Shown in pieces: positions 13,425 to 26,451 of a stretch of 64,000 bases of DNA. Positions within the stretch are counted from its first letter, which is position 1; each line of letters opens with the position of its first letter. The stretch covers positions 236,530,001 through 236,594,000 of the forward strand of contig OZ024743.1 of assembly GCA_964016885.1 (NCBI GenBank). The letters are read 5' to 3'. Under the pieces are notes generated by a model, which was not told the DNA's origin, did no database searches, and was given only the letters and a program-made list of their open reading frames with translations. Origin of the DNA: Eledone cirrhosa. Its lineage: Eukaryota. A program made the translations under genes and the position numbers.

Positions 13425-16400
13425 TTGTATGTTCCTTCAGTCAATCTCCTATACTACGGATTGTATGTTCCTTCAGTCAATCTCCTATACTACTGGTTGT
13501 ATGTTCCTTCAGTCAATCTCCTATACTACTGGTTGTATGTTCCTTCAATCAATCTCCTATACTACAGGTTGTATGTACCTTCAGTCAATCTCCTATACTA
13601 CGGGTTGTATGTTCCTTCAGTCAATCTCCTATACTACTGGTTGTATGTTCCTTCAGTCAATCTCCTATACTACGGGTTGTATGTTCCTTCAGTCAATCTC
13701 CTATACTACGGGTTGTATGTTCCTTCAGTCAATCTCCTATACTACGGGTTGTATGTTCCTTCAGTCAATCTCCTATACTACGGGTTGTATGTTCCTTCAG
13801 TCAATCTCCTATACTACGGGTTGTATGTTCCTTCAGTCAATCTCCTATTATACGGGTTGTATGTTCCTTCAGTCAATCTCCTATACTACTGGTTGTATGT
13901 TCCTTCAGTCAATCTCCTATACTACGGGTTGTATGTTCCTTCAGTCAATCTCCTATACTACGGGTTGTATGTTCCTTCAGTCAATCTCGTATACTACATG
14001 TTGTATGTTCCTTCAGTCAATCTCCTATACTACTGGTTGTATGTTCCTTCAGTCAATCTCCTATACTACAGGTTGTATGTTCCTTCAGTCAATCTCCTAT
14101 ACTACTGTTTGTATATTCCTTCAGTCAATCTCCTATACTACAGGTTGTATGTTCCTTCAGTCAATCTCCTATACTACTGGTTGTATGTTCCTTCAGTCAA
14201 TCTCCTATACTACGGGTTGTATGTTCCTTCAGTCAATCTCCTATACTACAGGTTGTATGTTCCTTCAGTCAATCCCCTATACTACTGGTTGGATATTCCT
14301 TCAGTCAATCCCCTATACTACTGGTTGTATATTCCTTCAGTCAATCTCCTATACTACTGGTTGTATGTTCCTTCAGTCAATCTCCTATACTACAGGTTGT
14401 ATGTTCCTTCAGTCAATCTCTTATAAAACTGGTTGTATGTTCCTTCAGTCAATCTCCTATACTACTGGTTGTATGTTGCTTCAGTCAATATCCTATACTA
14501 CTGGTTGTATGTTCCTTCAGTCAATCTCCTATAATACTGGTTGTATGTTCCTTCAGTCAATCTCCTATACTACTGGTTGTATATTCCTTCAGTTAATCTA
14601 CTATACTACGTGTTGTATATTCCTTCAGTCAATCTCCTATACTACTGGTTGTATATTCCTTCAGTCAATCTCCTATACTACTGGTTGTATGTTCCTTCAG
14701 TCAATCTCCTATACTACAGGTTGTATGTACCTTCAGTCAATCTCCTATACTACGGGTTGTATGTTCCTTCAGTCAATCTCCTATACTACTGGTTGTATGT
14801 TCCTTCAGTCAATCTCCTATACTACGGGTTGCATGTACCTTCAGTCAATCTCCTATACTACGGGTTGTATGTTCCTTCAGTCAATCTCCTATACTACTGG
14901 TTGTATGTTCCTTCAGTCAATCTCCTATACTACAGGTTGTATGTACCTTCAGTCAATCTCCTATACTACGGGTTGTATGTTCCTTCAGTCAATCTCCTAT
15001 ACTACTGGTTGTATGTTCCTTCAGTCAATCTCCTATACTACGGTCCTTCAGTCAATCTCCTATACTACGGGTTGTATGTTCCTTCAGTCAATCTCCTATA
15101 CTACGGGTTGTAAGTTCCTTCAGTCAATCTCCTATACTACGGGTTGTATGTTTCTTCAGTCAATCTCCTATAATACTGGTTGTATGTTCCTTCAGTCAAT
15201 CTCCTATACTACGGATTGTATGTTCCTTCAGTCAATCTCCTATACTACTGGTTGTATGTTCCTTCAGTCAATCTCCTATACTACTGGTTGTATGTTCCTT
15301 CAATCAATCTCCTATACTACAGGTTGTATGTACCTTCAGTCAATCTCCTATACTACGGGTTGTATGTTCCTTCAGTCAATCTCCTATACTACTGGTTGTA
15401 TGTTCCTTCAGTCAATCTCCTATACTACGGGTTGTATGTTCCTTCAGTCAATCTCCTATACTACGGGTTGTATGTTCCTTCAGTCAATCTCCTATACTAC
15501 GGGTTGTATGTTCCTTCAGTCAATCTCCTATACTACGGGTTGTATGTTCCTTCAGTCAATCTCCTATACTACGGGTTGTATGTTCCTTCAGTCAATCTCC
15601 TATTCTACGGGTTGTATGTTCCTTCAGTCAATCTCCTATACTACAGGTTGTATGTTCCTTCAGTCAATCTCCTATACTACTGGTTGTATGTTCCTTCAGT
15701 CAATCTCCTATACTACTGGTTGTATGTTCCTTCAGTCAATCTCCTATACTACTGGTTGTATATTCCTTCAGTCAATCTCCTATACTACAGGTTGTATGTT
15801 CCTTCAGTCAAACTCCTATACTACTGGTTGTATGTTCCTTCAGTCAATCTCCTATACTACTGGTGGTATGTTCCTTCAGTCAATCTCCTATACTACTGGT
15901 TGTATATTCCTTCAGTCAATCTCCTATACTACAGGTTGTATATTCCTTCAGTTAATCTCCTATACTACTGGTTGTAGGTTCCTTCAGTTAATCTCCTATA
16001 CTACTGGTTGTATGTTCCTTCAGTCAATCTCCTATACTACAGGTTGAATATTCCTTCAGTCAATCTCCTTTACTACTGGTTGTATGTTCCTTCAGTCAAT
16101 CTCCTATACTACGGATTGTATGTTCCTTCAGTCAATCTCCTATACTACTGGTTGTATGTTCCTTCAGTCAATCTCCTATACTACGGATTGTATGTTCCTT
16201 CAATCAATCTCCTATACTACTGGTTGTATGTTCCTTCAGTCAATCTCCTATACTACTGGTTGTATGTTCCTTCAGTCAATCTCCTATACTACGGATTGTA
16301 TGTTCCTTCAGTCAATCTCCTATACTACTGGTTGTATGTTCCTTCAGTCAATCTCCTATACTACGGGTTGTATGTTCCTTCAGTCAATCTCCTATACTAC

Positions 16401-16509
16401 GGGTTGTAAGTTCCTTCAGTCAATCTCCTATACTACGGGTTGTATGTTCCTTCAGTCAATCTCCTATACTACTGGTTGTATGTTCCTTCAGTCAATCTCC
16501 TATACTACG
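12414..16509. repeat. ~4.1-kb segment repeating 2775-6870 (offset 9,639 bp)
   Basis: Matching 920-aa ORFs 3646..6408 and 13285..16047; shared 9-bp deletion at 5401/15040; shared TACGTT and GTTTCTT variants. Confidence 0.9.
15040..15066. other. 27-bp truncated monomer (9-bp deletion), copy 2
   Basis: Same ACGGTCCTTC junction and the same flanking variant order as copy 1. Confidence 0.95.
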
Positions 16510-17479
16510 GATTGTATGTTCCTTCAGTCAATCTCCTATACTACTGGTTGTATGTTCCTTCAGTCAATCTCCTATACTACTGGTTGTATGTTCCTTCAAT
16601 CAATCTCCTATACTACAGGTTGTATGTACCTTCAGTCAATCTCCTATACTACGGGTTGTATGTTCCTTCAGTCAATCTCCTATACTACTGGTTGTATGTT
16701 CCTTCAGTCAATCTCCTATACTACGGGTTGTATGTTCCTTCAGTCAATCTCCTATACTACGGGTTGTATGTTCCTTCAGTCAATCTCCTATACTACGGGT
16801 TGTATGTTCCTTCAGTCAATCTCCTATACTACGGGTTGTATGTTCCTTCAGTCAATCTCCTATACTACGGGTTGTATGTTCCTTCAGTCAATCTCCTATT
16901 ATACGGGTTGTATGTTCCTTCAGTCAATCTCCTATACTACTGGTTGTATGTTCCTTCAGTCAATCTCCTATACTACGGGTTGTATGTTCCTTCAGTCAAT
17001 CTCCTATACTACAGGTTGTATGTTCCTTCAGTCAATCTCCTATACTACTGGTTGTATGTTCCTTCAGTCTATCTCCTATACTACAGGTTGTATGTTCCTT
17101 CAGTCAATCTCCTATACTACTGGTTGTATATTCCTTCAGTCAATCTCCTATACTACAGGTTGTATGTTCCTTCAGTCAATCTCCTATACTACTGGTTGTA
17201 TGTTCCTTCAGTCAATCTCCTATACTACGGGTTGTATGTTCCTTCAGTCAATCTCCTATACTACAGGTTGTATGTTCCTTCAGTCAATCCCCTATACTAC
17301 TGGTTGTATATTCCTTCAGTCAATCTCCTATACTACTGGTTGTATGTTTCTTCAGTCAATCTCCTATACTACAGGTTGTATGTACCTTCAGTCAATCTCC
17401 TATACTACGGGTTGTATGTTCCTTCAGTCAATCTCCTATACTACTGGTTGTATGTTCCTTCAGTCAATCTCCTATACTA

Positions 17480-20400
17480 CGGGTTGCATGTACCTTCAGT
17501 CAATCTCCTATACTACGGGTTGTATGTTCTTTCAGTCAATCTCCTATACTACTGGTTGTATGTTCCTTCAGTCAATCTCCTATACTACAGGTTGTATATT
17601 CCTTCAGTCAATCTCCTATACTACAGGTTGTATGTTCCTTCAGTCAATCTCCTATACTACAGGTTGTATATTCCTTCAGTCAATCTCCTATACTACAGGT
17701 TGTATGTTCCTTCAGTCAATCTCATATACTACTGGTCGTATATTCCTTCAGTCAATCTCCTATACTACAGGTTGTATATTCCTTCAGTCAATCTCCTATA
17801 CTACAGGCTGTATGTTCCTTCAGTCAATCTCCTATACTACTGGTTGTATATTCCTTCAGTCAATCTCCTATACTACAGGTTGTATCTTCCTTCAGTCAAT
17901 CTCCTATACTACAGGCTGTATGTTCCTTCAGTCAATCTCCTATACTACTGGTTGTATATTCTTTCAGTCAATCTCCTATACTACAGGTTGTATGTTCCTT
18001 CAGCCAATCTCATATACTACTGGTCGTATATTCCTTCAGTCAATCTCCTATACTACAGGTTGTATATTCCTTCAGTCAATCTCCTATACTACAGGCTGTA
18101 TGTTCCTTCAGTCAATCTCCTATACTACTGGTTGTATATTCCTTCAGTTAATATCCTATACTACTGGTTGTATGTTCCTTCAGTCAATCTCCTATACTAC
18201 TGGTGGTATGTTCCTTCAGTCAATCTCCTATACTACTGGTTGTATATTCCTTCAGTCAATCTCCTATACTACAGGTTGTATATTCCTTCAGTTAATCTCC
18301 TATACTACTGGTTGTAGGTTCCTTCAGTTAATCTCCTATACTACTGGTTGTATGTTCCTTCAGTCAATCTCCTATACTACAGGTTGAATATTCCTTCAGT
18401 CAATCTCCTTTACTACTGGTTGTATGTTCCTTCAGTCAATCTCCTATACTACGGATTGTATGTTCCTTCAGTCAATCTCCTATACTACTGGTTGTATGTT
18501 CCTTCAGTCAATCTCCTATACTACGGATTGTATGTTCCTTCAATCAATCTCCTATACTACTGGTTGTATGTTCCTTCAGTCAATCTCCTATACTACTGGT
18601 TGTATGTTCCTTCAGTCAATCTCCTATACTACGGATTGTATGTTCCTTCAGTCAATCTCCTATACTACTGGTTGTATGTTCCTTCAGTCAATCTCCTATA
18701 CTACGGATTGTATATTCCTTCAGTCAATCTCCTATACTACAGGTTGTATGTTCCTTCAGTCAATCTCCTATACTACTGGTTGTATATTCCTTCAGTCAAT
18801 CTCCTATACTACTGGTTGTATGTTCCTTCAGTCAATCTCCTATACTACGGATTGTATGTTCCTTCAGTCAATCTCCTATACTACTGGTTGTATATTCCTA
18901 CAATCAATCTCCTATACTACTGGTTGTATGTTCCTTCAGTCAATCTCCTATACTACAGGTTGTATGTACCTTCAGTCAATCTCCTATACTACGGGTTGTA
19001 TGTTCCTTCAGTCAATCTCCTATACTACTGGTTGTATGTTCCTTCAGTAAATCTCCTATACTACGGGTTGTATGTTCCTTCAGTCAATCTCCTATACTAC
19101 GGGTTGTATGTTCCTTCAGTCAATCTCCTATACTACGGGTTGTAAGTTCCTTCAGTCAATCTCCTATACTACGGGTTGTATGTTCCTTCAGTCAATCTCC
19201 TATACTACTGGTTGTATGTTCCTTCAGTCAATCTCCTATACTACGGATTGTATGTTCCTTCAGTCAATCTCCTATACTACTGGTTGTATGTTCCTTCAGT
19301 CAATCTCCTATACTACTGGTTGTATGTTCCTTCAATCAATCTCCTATACTACAGGTTGTATGTACCTTCAGTCAATCTCCTATACTACGGGTTGTATGTT
19401 CCTTCAGTCAATCTCCTATACTACTGGTTGTATGTTCCTTCAGTCAATCTCCTATACTACGGGTTGTATGTTCCTTCAGTCAATCTCCTATACTACGGGT
19501 TGTATGTTCCTTCAGTCAATCTCCTATACTACGGGTTGTATGTTCCTTCAGTCAATCTCCTATACTACGGGTTGTATGTTCCTTCAGTCACTCTCCTATA
19601 CTACGGGTTGTATGTTCCTTCAGTCAATCTCCTATTATACGGGTTGTATGTTCCTTCAGTCAATCTCCTATACTACTGGTTGTATGTTCCTTCAGTCAAT
19701 CTCCTATACTACGGGTTGTATGTTCCTTCAGTCAATCTCCTATACTACGGGTTGTATGTTCCTTCAGTCAATCTCGTATACTACATGTTGTATGTTCCTT
19801 CAGTCAATCTCCTATACTACTGGTTGTATGTTCCTTCAGTCAATCTCCTATACTACGGGTTGCATGTACCTTCAGTCAATCTCCTATACTACGGGTTGTA
19901 TGTTCTTTCAGTCAATCTCCTATACTACTGGTTGTATGTTCCTTCAGTCAATCTCCTATACTACAGGTTGTATATTCCTTCAGTCAATCTCCTATACTAC
20001 AGGTTGTATGTTCCTTCAGTCAATCTCCTATACTACAGGTTGTATATTCCTTCAGTCAATCTCCTATACTACAGGTTGTATGTTCCTTCAGTCAATCTCA
20101 TATACTACTGGTCGTATATTCCTTCAGTCAATCTCCTATACTACAGGTTGTATATTCCTTCAGTCAATCTCCTATACTACAGGCTGTATGTTCCTTCAGT
20201 CAATCTCCTATACTACTGGTTGTATATTCCTTCAGTCAATCTCCTATACTACAGGTTGTATCTTCCTTCAGTCAATCTCCTATACTACAGGCTGTATGTT
20301 CCTTCAGTCAATCTCCTATACTACTGGTTGTATATTCTTTCAGTCAATCTCCTATACTACAGGTTGTATGTTCCTTCAGCCAATCTCATATACTACTGGT

Positions 20401-22200
20401 CGTATATTCCTTCAGTCAATCTCCTATACTACAGGTTGTATATTCCTTCAGTCAATCTCCTATACTACAGGCTGTATGTTCCTTCAGTCAATCTCCTATA
20501 CTACTGGTTGTATATTCCTTCAGTTAATATCCTATACTACTGGTTGTATGTTCCTTCAGTCAATCTCCTATACTACTGGTGGTATGTTCCTTCAGTCAAT
20601 CTCCTATACTACTGGTTGTATATTCCTTCAGTCAATCTCCTATACTACAGGTTGTATATTCCTTCAGTTAATCTCCTATACTACTGGTTGTAGGTTCCTT
20701 CAGTTAATCTCCTATACTACTGGTTGTATGTTCCTTCAGTCAATCTCCTATACTACAGGTTGAATATTCCTTCAGTCAATCTCCTTTACTACTGGTTGTA
20801 TGTTCCTTCAGTCAATCTCCTATACTACGGATTGTATGTTCCTTCAGTCAATCTCCTATACTACTGGTTGTATGTTCCTTCAGTCAATCTCCTATACTAC
20901 GGATTGTATGTTCCTTCAATCAATCTCCTATACTACTGGTTGTATGTTCCTTCAGTCAATCTCCTATACTACTGGTTGTATGTTCCTTCAGTCAATCTCC
21001 TATACTACGGATTGTATGTTCCTTCAGTCAATCTCCTATACTACTGGTTGTATGTTCCTTCAGTCAATCTCCTATACTACGGATTGTATATTCCTTCAGT
21101 CAATCTCCTATACTACAGGTTGTATGTTCCTTCAGTCAATCTCCTATACTACTGGTTGTATATTCCTTCAGTCAATCTCCTATACTACTGGTTGTATGTT
21201 CCTTCAGTCAATCTCCTATACTACGGATTGTATGTTCCTTCAGTCAATCTCCTATACTACTGGTTGTATATTCCTACAATCAATCTCCTATACTACTGGT
21301 TGTATGTTCCTTCAGTCAATCTCCTATACTACAGGTTGTATGTACCTTCAGTCAATCTCCTATACTACGGGTTGTATGTTCCTTCAGTCAATCTCCTATA
21401 CTACTGGTTGTATGTTCCTTCAGTAAATCTCCTATACTACGGGTTGTATGTTCCTTCAGTCAATCTCCTATACTACGGGTTGTATGTTCCTTCAGTCAAT
21501 CTCCTATACTACGGGTTGTAAGTTCCTTCAGTCAATCTCCTATACTACGGGTTGTATGTTCCTTCAGTCAATCTCCTATACTACTGGTTGTATGTTCCTT
21601 CAGTCAATCTCCTATACTACGGATTGTATGTTCCTTCAGTCAATCTCCTATACTACTGGTTGTATGTTCCTTCAGTCAATCTCCTATACTACTGGTTGTA
21701 TGTTCCTTCAATCAATCTCCTATACTACAGGTTGTATGTACCTTCAGTCAATCTCCTATACTACGGGTTGTATGTTCCTTCAGTCAATCTCCTATACTAC
21801 TGGTTGTATGTTCCTTCAGTCAATCTCCTATACTACGGGTTGTATGTTCCTTCAGTCAATCTCCTATACTACGGGTTGTATGTTCCTTCAGTCAATCTCC
21901 TATACTACGGGTTGTATGTTCCTTCAGTCAATCTCCTATACTACGGGTTGTATGTTCCTTCAGTCACTCTCCTATACTACGGGTTGTATGTTCCTTCAGT
22001 CAATCTCCTATTATACGGGTTGTATGTTCCTTCAGTCAATCTCCTATACTACTGGTTGTATGTTCCTTCAGTCAATCTCCTATACTACGGGTTGTATGTT
22101 CCTTCAGTCAATCTCCTATACTACGGGTTGTATGTTCCTTCAGTCAATCTCGTATACTACATGTTGTATGTTCCTTCAGTCAATCTCCTATACTACTGGT
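17480..22200. repeat. Tandem duplication of a 2,376-bp (66-monomer) block (boundaries approximate)
   Basis: Markers CAGCCAAT (~18001/20377) and GTCACTCT (~19587/21963), and ORF pairs 18348/20724 and 18424/20800, all at offset 2,376. Confidence 0.87.
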
Positions 22201-25200
22201 TGTATGTTCCTTCAGTCAATCTCCTATACTACAGGTTGTATGTTCCTTCAGTCAATCTCCTATACTACTGGTTGTATATTCCTTCAGTCAATCTCCTATA
22301 CTACAGGTTGTATGTTCCTTCAGTCAATCTCCTATACTACTGGTTGTATGTTCCTTCAGTCTATCTCCTATACTACGGGTTGTATGTTCCTTCAGTCAAT
22401 CTCCTATACTACAGGTTGTATGTTCCTTCAGTCAATCCTCTATACTACTGGTTGGATATTCCTTCAGTCAATCCCCTATACTACTGGTTGTATATTCCTT
22501 CAGTCAATCTCCTATACTACTGGTTGTATGTTCCTTCAGTCAATCTCCTATACTACAGGTTGTATGTTCCTTCAGTCAATCTCTTATAAAACTGGTTGTA
22601 TGTTCCTTCAGTCAATCTCCTATACTACTGGTTGTATGTTGCTTCAGTCAATATCCAATACTACTGGTTGTATGTTCCTTCAGTCAATCTCCTATACTAC
22701 TGGTTGTATGTTCCTTCAGTCAATCTCCTATACTACAGGTTGTATGTTCCTTCAGTCAATCTCCTATACTACTGGTTGTATGTTCCTTCAGTCAATCTCC
22801 TATACTACTGGTTGTATGTTCCTTCAGTCAATCTCCTATACTACTGGTTGTATATTCCTTCAGTCAATCTCCTATACTACTGGTGGTATGTTCCTTCAGT
22901 CAATCTCCTATACTACTGGTTGTATATTCCTTCAGTCAATCTCCTATACTACAGGTTGTATGTTCCTTCAGTCAATCTCCTATACTACTGGTTGTATGTT
23001 CCTTCAGTCAATCTCCTATACTACGGATTGTATGTTCCTTCAGTCAATCCCCAATACTACTGGTTGTATGTTCCTTCAGTCAATCTCCTATACAACTGGT
23101 TGTATATTCCTTCAGTCAATCTCCTATACTACTGGTTGTATGTTCCTTCAGTCAATCTCCTATACTACGGGTTGTATGTTCCTTCAGTCAATCTCCTGTT
23201 ATACGGGTTGTATGTTCCTTCAGTCAATCTCCTATACTACTGGTTGTATGTTCCTTCAGTCAATCTCCTATACTACGGGTTGTATGTTCCTTCAGTCAAT
23301 CTCCTATACTACGGGTTGTATGTTCCTTCAGTCAATCTCCTATACTACAGGTTGTATGTTCCTTCAGTCAATCTCCTATACTACTGGTTGTATGTTCCTT
23401 CAGTCAATCTCCTATACTACAGGTTGTATGTTCCTTCAGTCAATCTCCTATACTACTGGTTGTATATTCCTTCAGTCAATCTCCTATGCTACAGGTTGTA
23501 TGTTCCTTCAGTCAATCTCCTATACTACTGGTTGTATGTTCCTTCAGTCAATCTCCTATACTACGGGTTGTATGTTCCTTCAGTCAATCTCCTATACTAC
23601 AGGTTGTATGTTCCTTCAGTCAATCCCCTATACTACTGGTTGTATATTCCTTCAGTCAATCCCCTATACTACTGGTTGTATGTTCCTTCAGTCAATCTCT
23701 TATAAAACTGGTTGTATGTTCCTTCAGTCAATCTCCTATACTACTGGTTGTATGTTGCTTCAGTCAATATCCTATACTACTGGTTGTATGTTCCTTCAGT
23801 CAATCTCCTATAATACTGGTTGTATGTTCCTTCAGTCAATCTCCTATACTACTGGTTGTATATTCCTTCAGTTAATCTACTATACTACGTGTTGTATATT
23901 CCTTCAGTCAATCTCCTATACTACTGGTTGTATGTTCCTTCAGTTAATCTCCTATACTACAGGTTGTATGTACCTTCAGTCAATGTCCTATACTACGGGT
24001 TGTATGTTCCTTCAGTCAATCTCCTATACTACTGGTTGTATGTTCCTTCAGTCAATCTACTATACTACGGGTTGTATCTACCTTCAGTCAATCTCCTATA
24101 CTACGGGTTGTATGTTCCTTCAGTCAATCTCCTATACTACTGGTTGTATGTTCCTTCAGTCAATCTCCTATACTACAGGTTGTATGTACCTTCAGTCAAT
24201 CTCCTATACTACGGGTTGTATGTTCCTTCAGTCAATCTCCTATACTACTGGTTGTATGTTCCTTCAGTCAATCTCCTATACTACGGGTTGTATGTTCCTT
24301 CAGTCAATCTCCTATACTACGGGTTGTATGTTCCTTCAGTCAATCTCCTATACTACGGGTTGTAAGTTCCTTCAGTCAATCTCCTATACTACGGGTTGTA
24401 TGTTCCTTCAGTCAATCTCCTATACTACTGGTTGTATGTTCCTTCTGTCAATCTCCTATACTACGGATTGCATGTTCCTTCAGTCAATCTCCTATACTAC
24501 TGGTTGTATGTTCCTTCAGTCAATCTCCTATACTACTGGTTGTATGTTCCTTCAGTCAATCTCCTATACTACAGGTTGTATGTACCTTCAGTCAATCTCC
24601 TATACTACGGGTTGTATGTTCCTTCAGTCAATCTCCTATACTACTGGTTGTATGTTCCTTCAGTCAATCTCCTATACTACGGGTTGTATGTTCCTTCAGT
24701 CAATCTCCTATACTACGGGTTGTATGTTCCTTCAGTCAATCTCCTATACTACGGGTTGTATGTTCCTTCAGTCAATCTCCTATACTACGGGTTGTATGTT
24801 CCTTCAGTCAATCTCCTATACTACGGGATGTATGTTCCTTCAGTCAATCTCCTATTCTACGGGTTGTATGTTCCTTCAGTCAATCTCCTATACTACAGGT
24901 TGTATGTTCCTTCAGTCAATCTCCTATACTACTGGTTGTATGTTCCTTCAGTCAATCTCCTATACTACTGGTTGTATGTTCCTTCAGTCAATCTCCTATA
25001 CTACTGGTTGTATATTCCTTCAGTCAATCTCCTATACTACAGGTTGTATGTTCCTTCAGTCAATCTCCTATACTACTGGTTGTATGTTCCTTCAGTCAAT
25101 CTCCTATACTACGGATTGTATGTTCCTTCAGTCAATCCCCAATACTACTGGTTGTATGTTCCTTCAGTCAATCACCTATACAACTGGTTGTATATTCCTT

Positions 25201-26451
25201 CAGTCAATCTCCTATACTACTGGTTGTATGTTCCTTCAGTCAATCTCCTATACTACAGGTTGTATATTCCTTCAGTCAATCTCCTATACTACAGGTTGTA
25301 TGTTCCTTCAGTCAATCTCCTATACTACAGGTTGTATATTCCTTCAGTCAATCTCCTATACTACAGGTTGTATGTTCCTTCAGTCAATCTCATATACTAC
25401 TGGTCGTATATTCCTTCAGTCAATCTCCTATACTACAGGTTGTATATTCCTTCAGTCAATCTCCTATACTACAGGCTGTATGTTCCTTCAGTCAATCTCC
25501 TATACTACTGGTTGTATATTCCTTCAGTTAATCTCCTATACTACTGGTTGTATGTTCCTTCAGTCAATCTCCTATACTACTGGTGGTATGTTCCTTCAGT
25601 CAATCTCCTATACTACTGGTTGTATATTCCTTCAGTCAATCTGCTATACTACTGGTTGTATATTCCTTCAGTTAATCTCCTATACTACTGGTTGTAGGTT
25701 CCTTCAGTTAATCTCCTATACTACTGGTTGTATGTTCCTTCAGTCAATCTCCTATACTACAGGTTGAATATTCCTTCAGTCAATCTCCTATACTACTGGT
25801 TGTATGTTCTTTCAGTCAATCTCCTATACTACGGATTGTATGTTCCTTCAGTCAATCTCCTATACTACTGGTTGTATGTTCCTTCAGTCAATCTCCTATA
25901 CTACGGATTGTATGTTCCTTCAGTCAATCTCCTATACTACTGGTTGTATGTTCCTTCAGTCAATCTCCTATACTACTGATTGTATGTTCCTTCAGTCAAT
26001 CTCCTATACTACGGATTGTATGTTCCTTCAGTCAATCTCCTATACTACTGGTTGTATGTTCCTTCAGTCAATCTCCTATACTACGGATTGTATATTCCTT
26101 CAGTCAATCTCCTATACTACAGGTTGTATGTTCCTTCAGTCAATCTCCTATACTACTGGTTGTATATTCCTTCAGTCAATCTCCTATACTACTGGTTGTA
26201 TGTTCCTTCAGTCAATCTCCTATACTACGGATTGTATGTTCCTTCAGTCAATCTCCTATACTACTGGTTGTATATTCCTACAATCAATCTCCTATACTAC
26301 TGGTTGTATGTTCCTTCAGTCAATCTCCTATACTACAGGTTGTATGTACCTTCAGTCAATCTCCTATACTACGGGTTGTATGTTCCTTCAGTCAATCTCC
26401 TATACTACTGGTTGTATGTTCCTTCAGTAAATCTCCTATACTACGGGTTGT

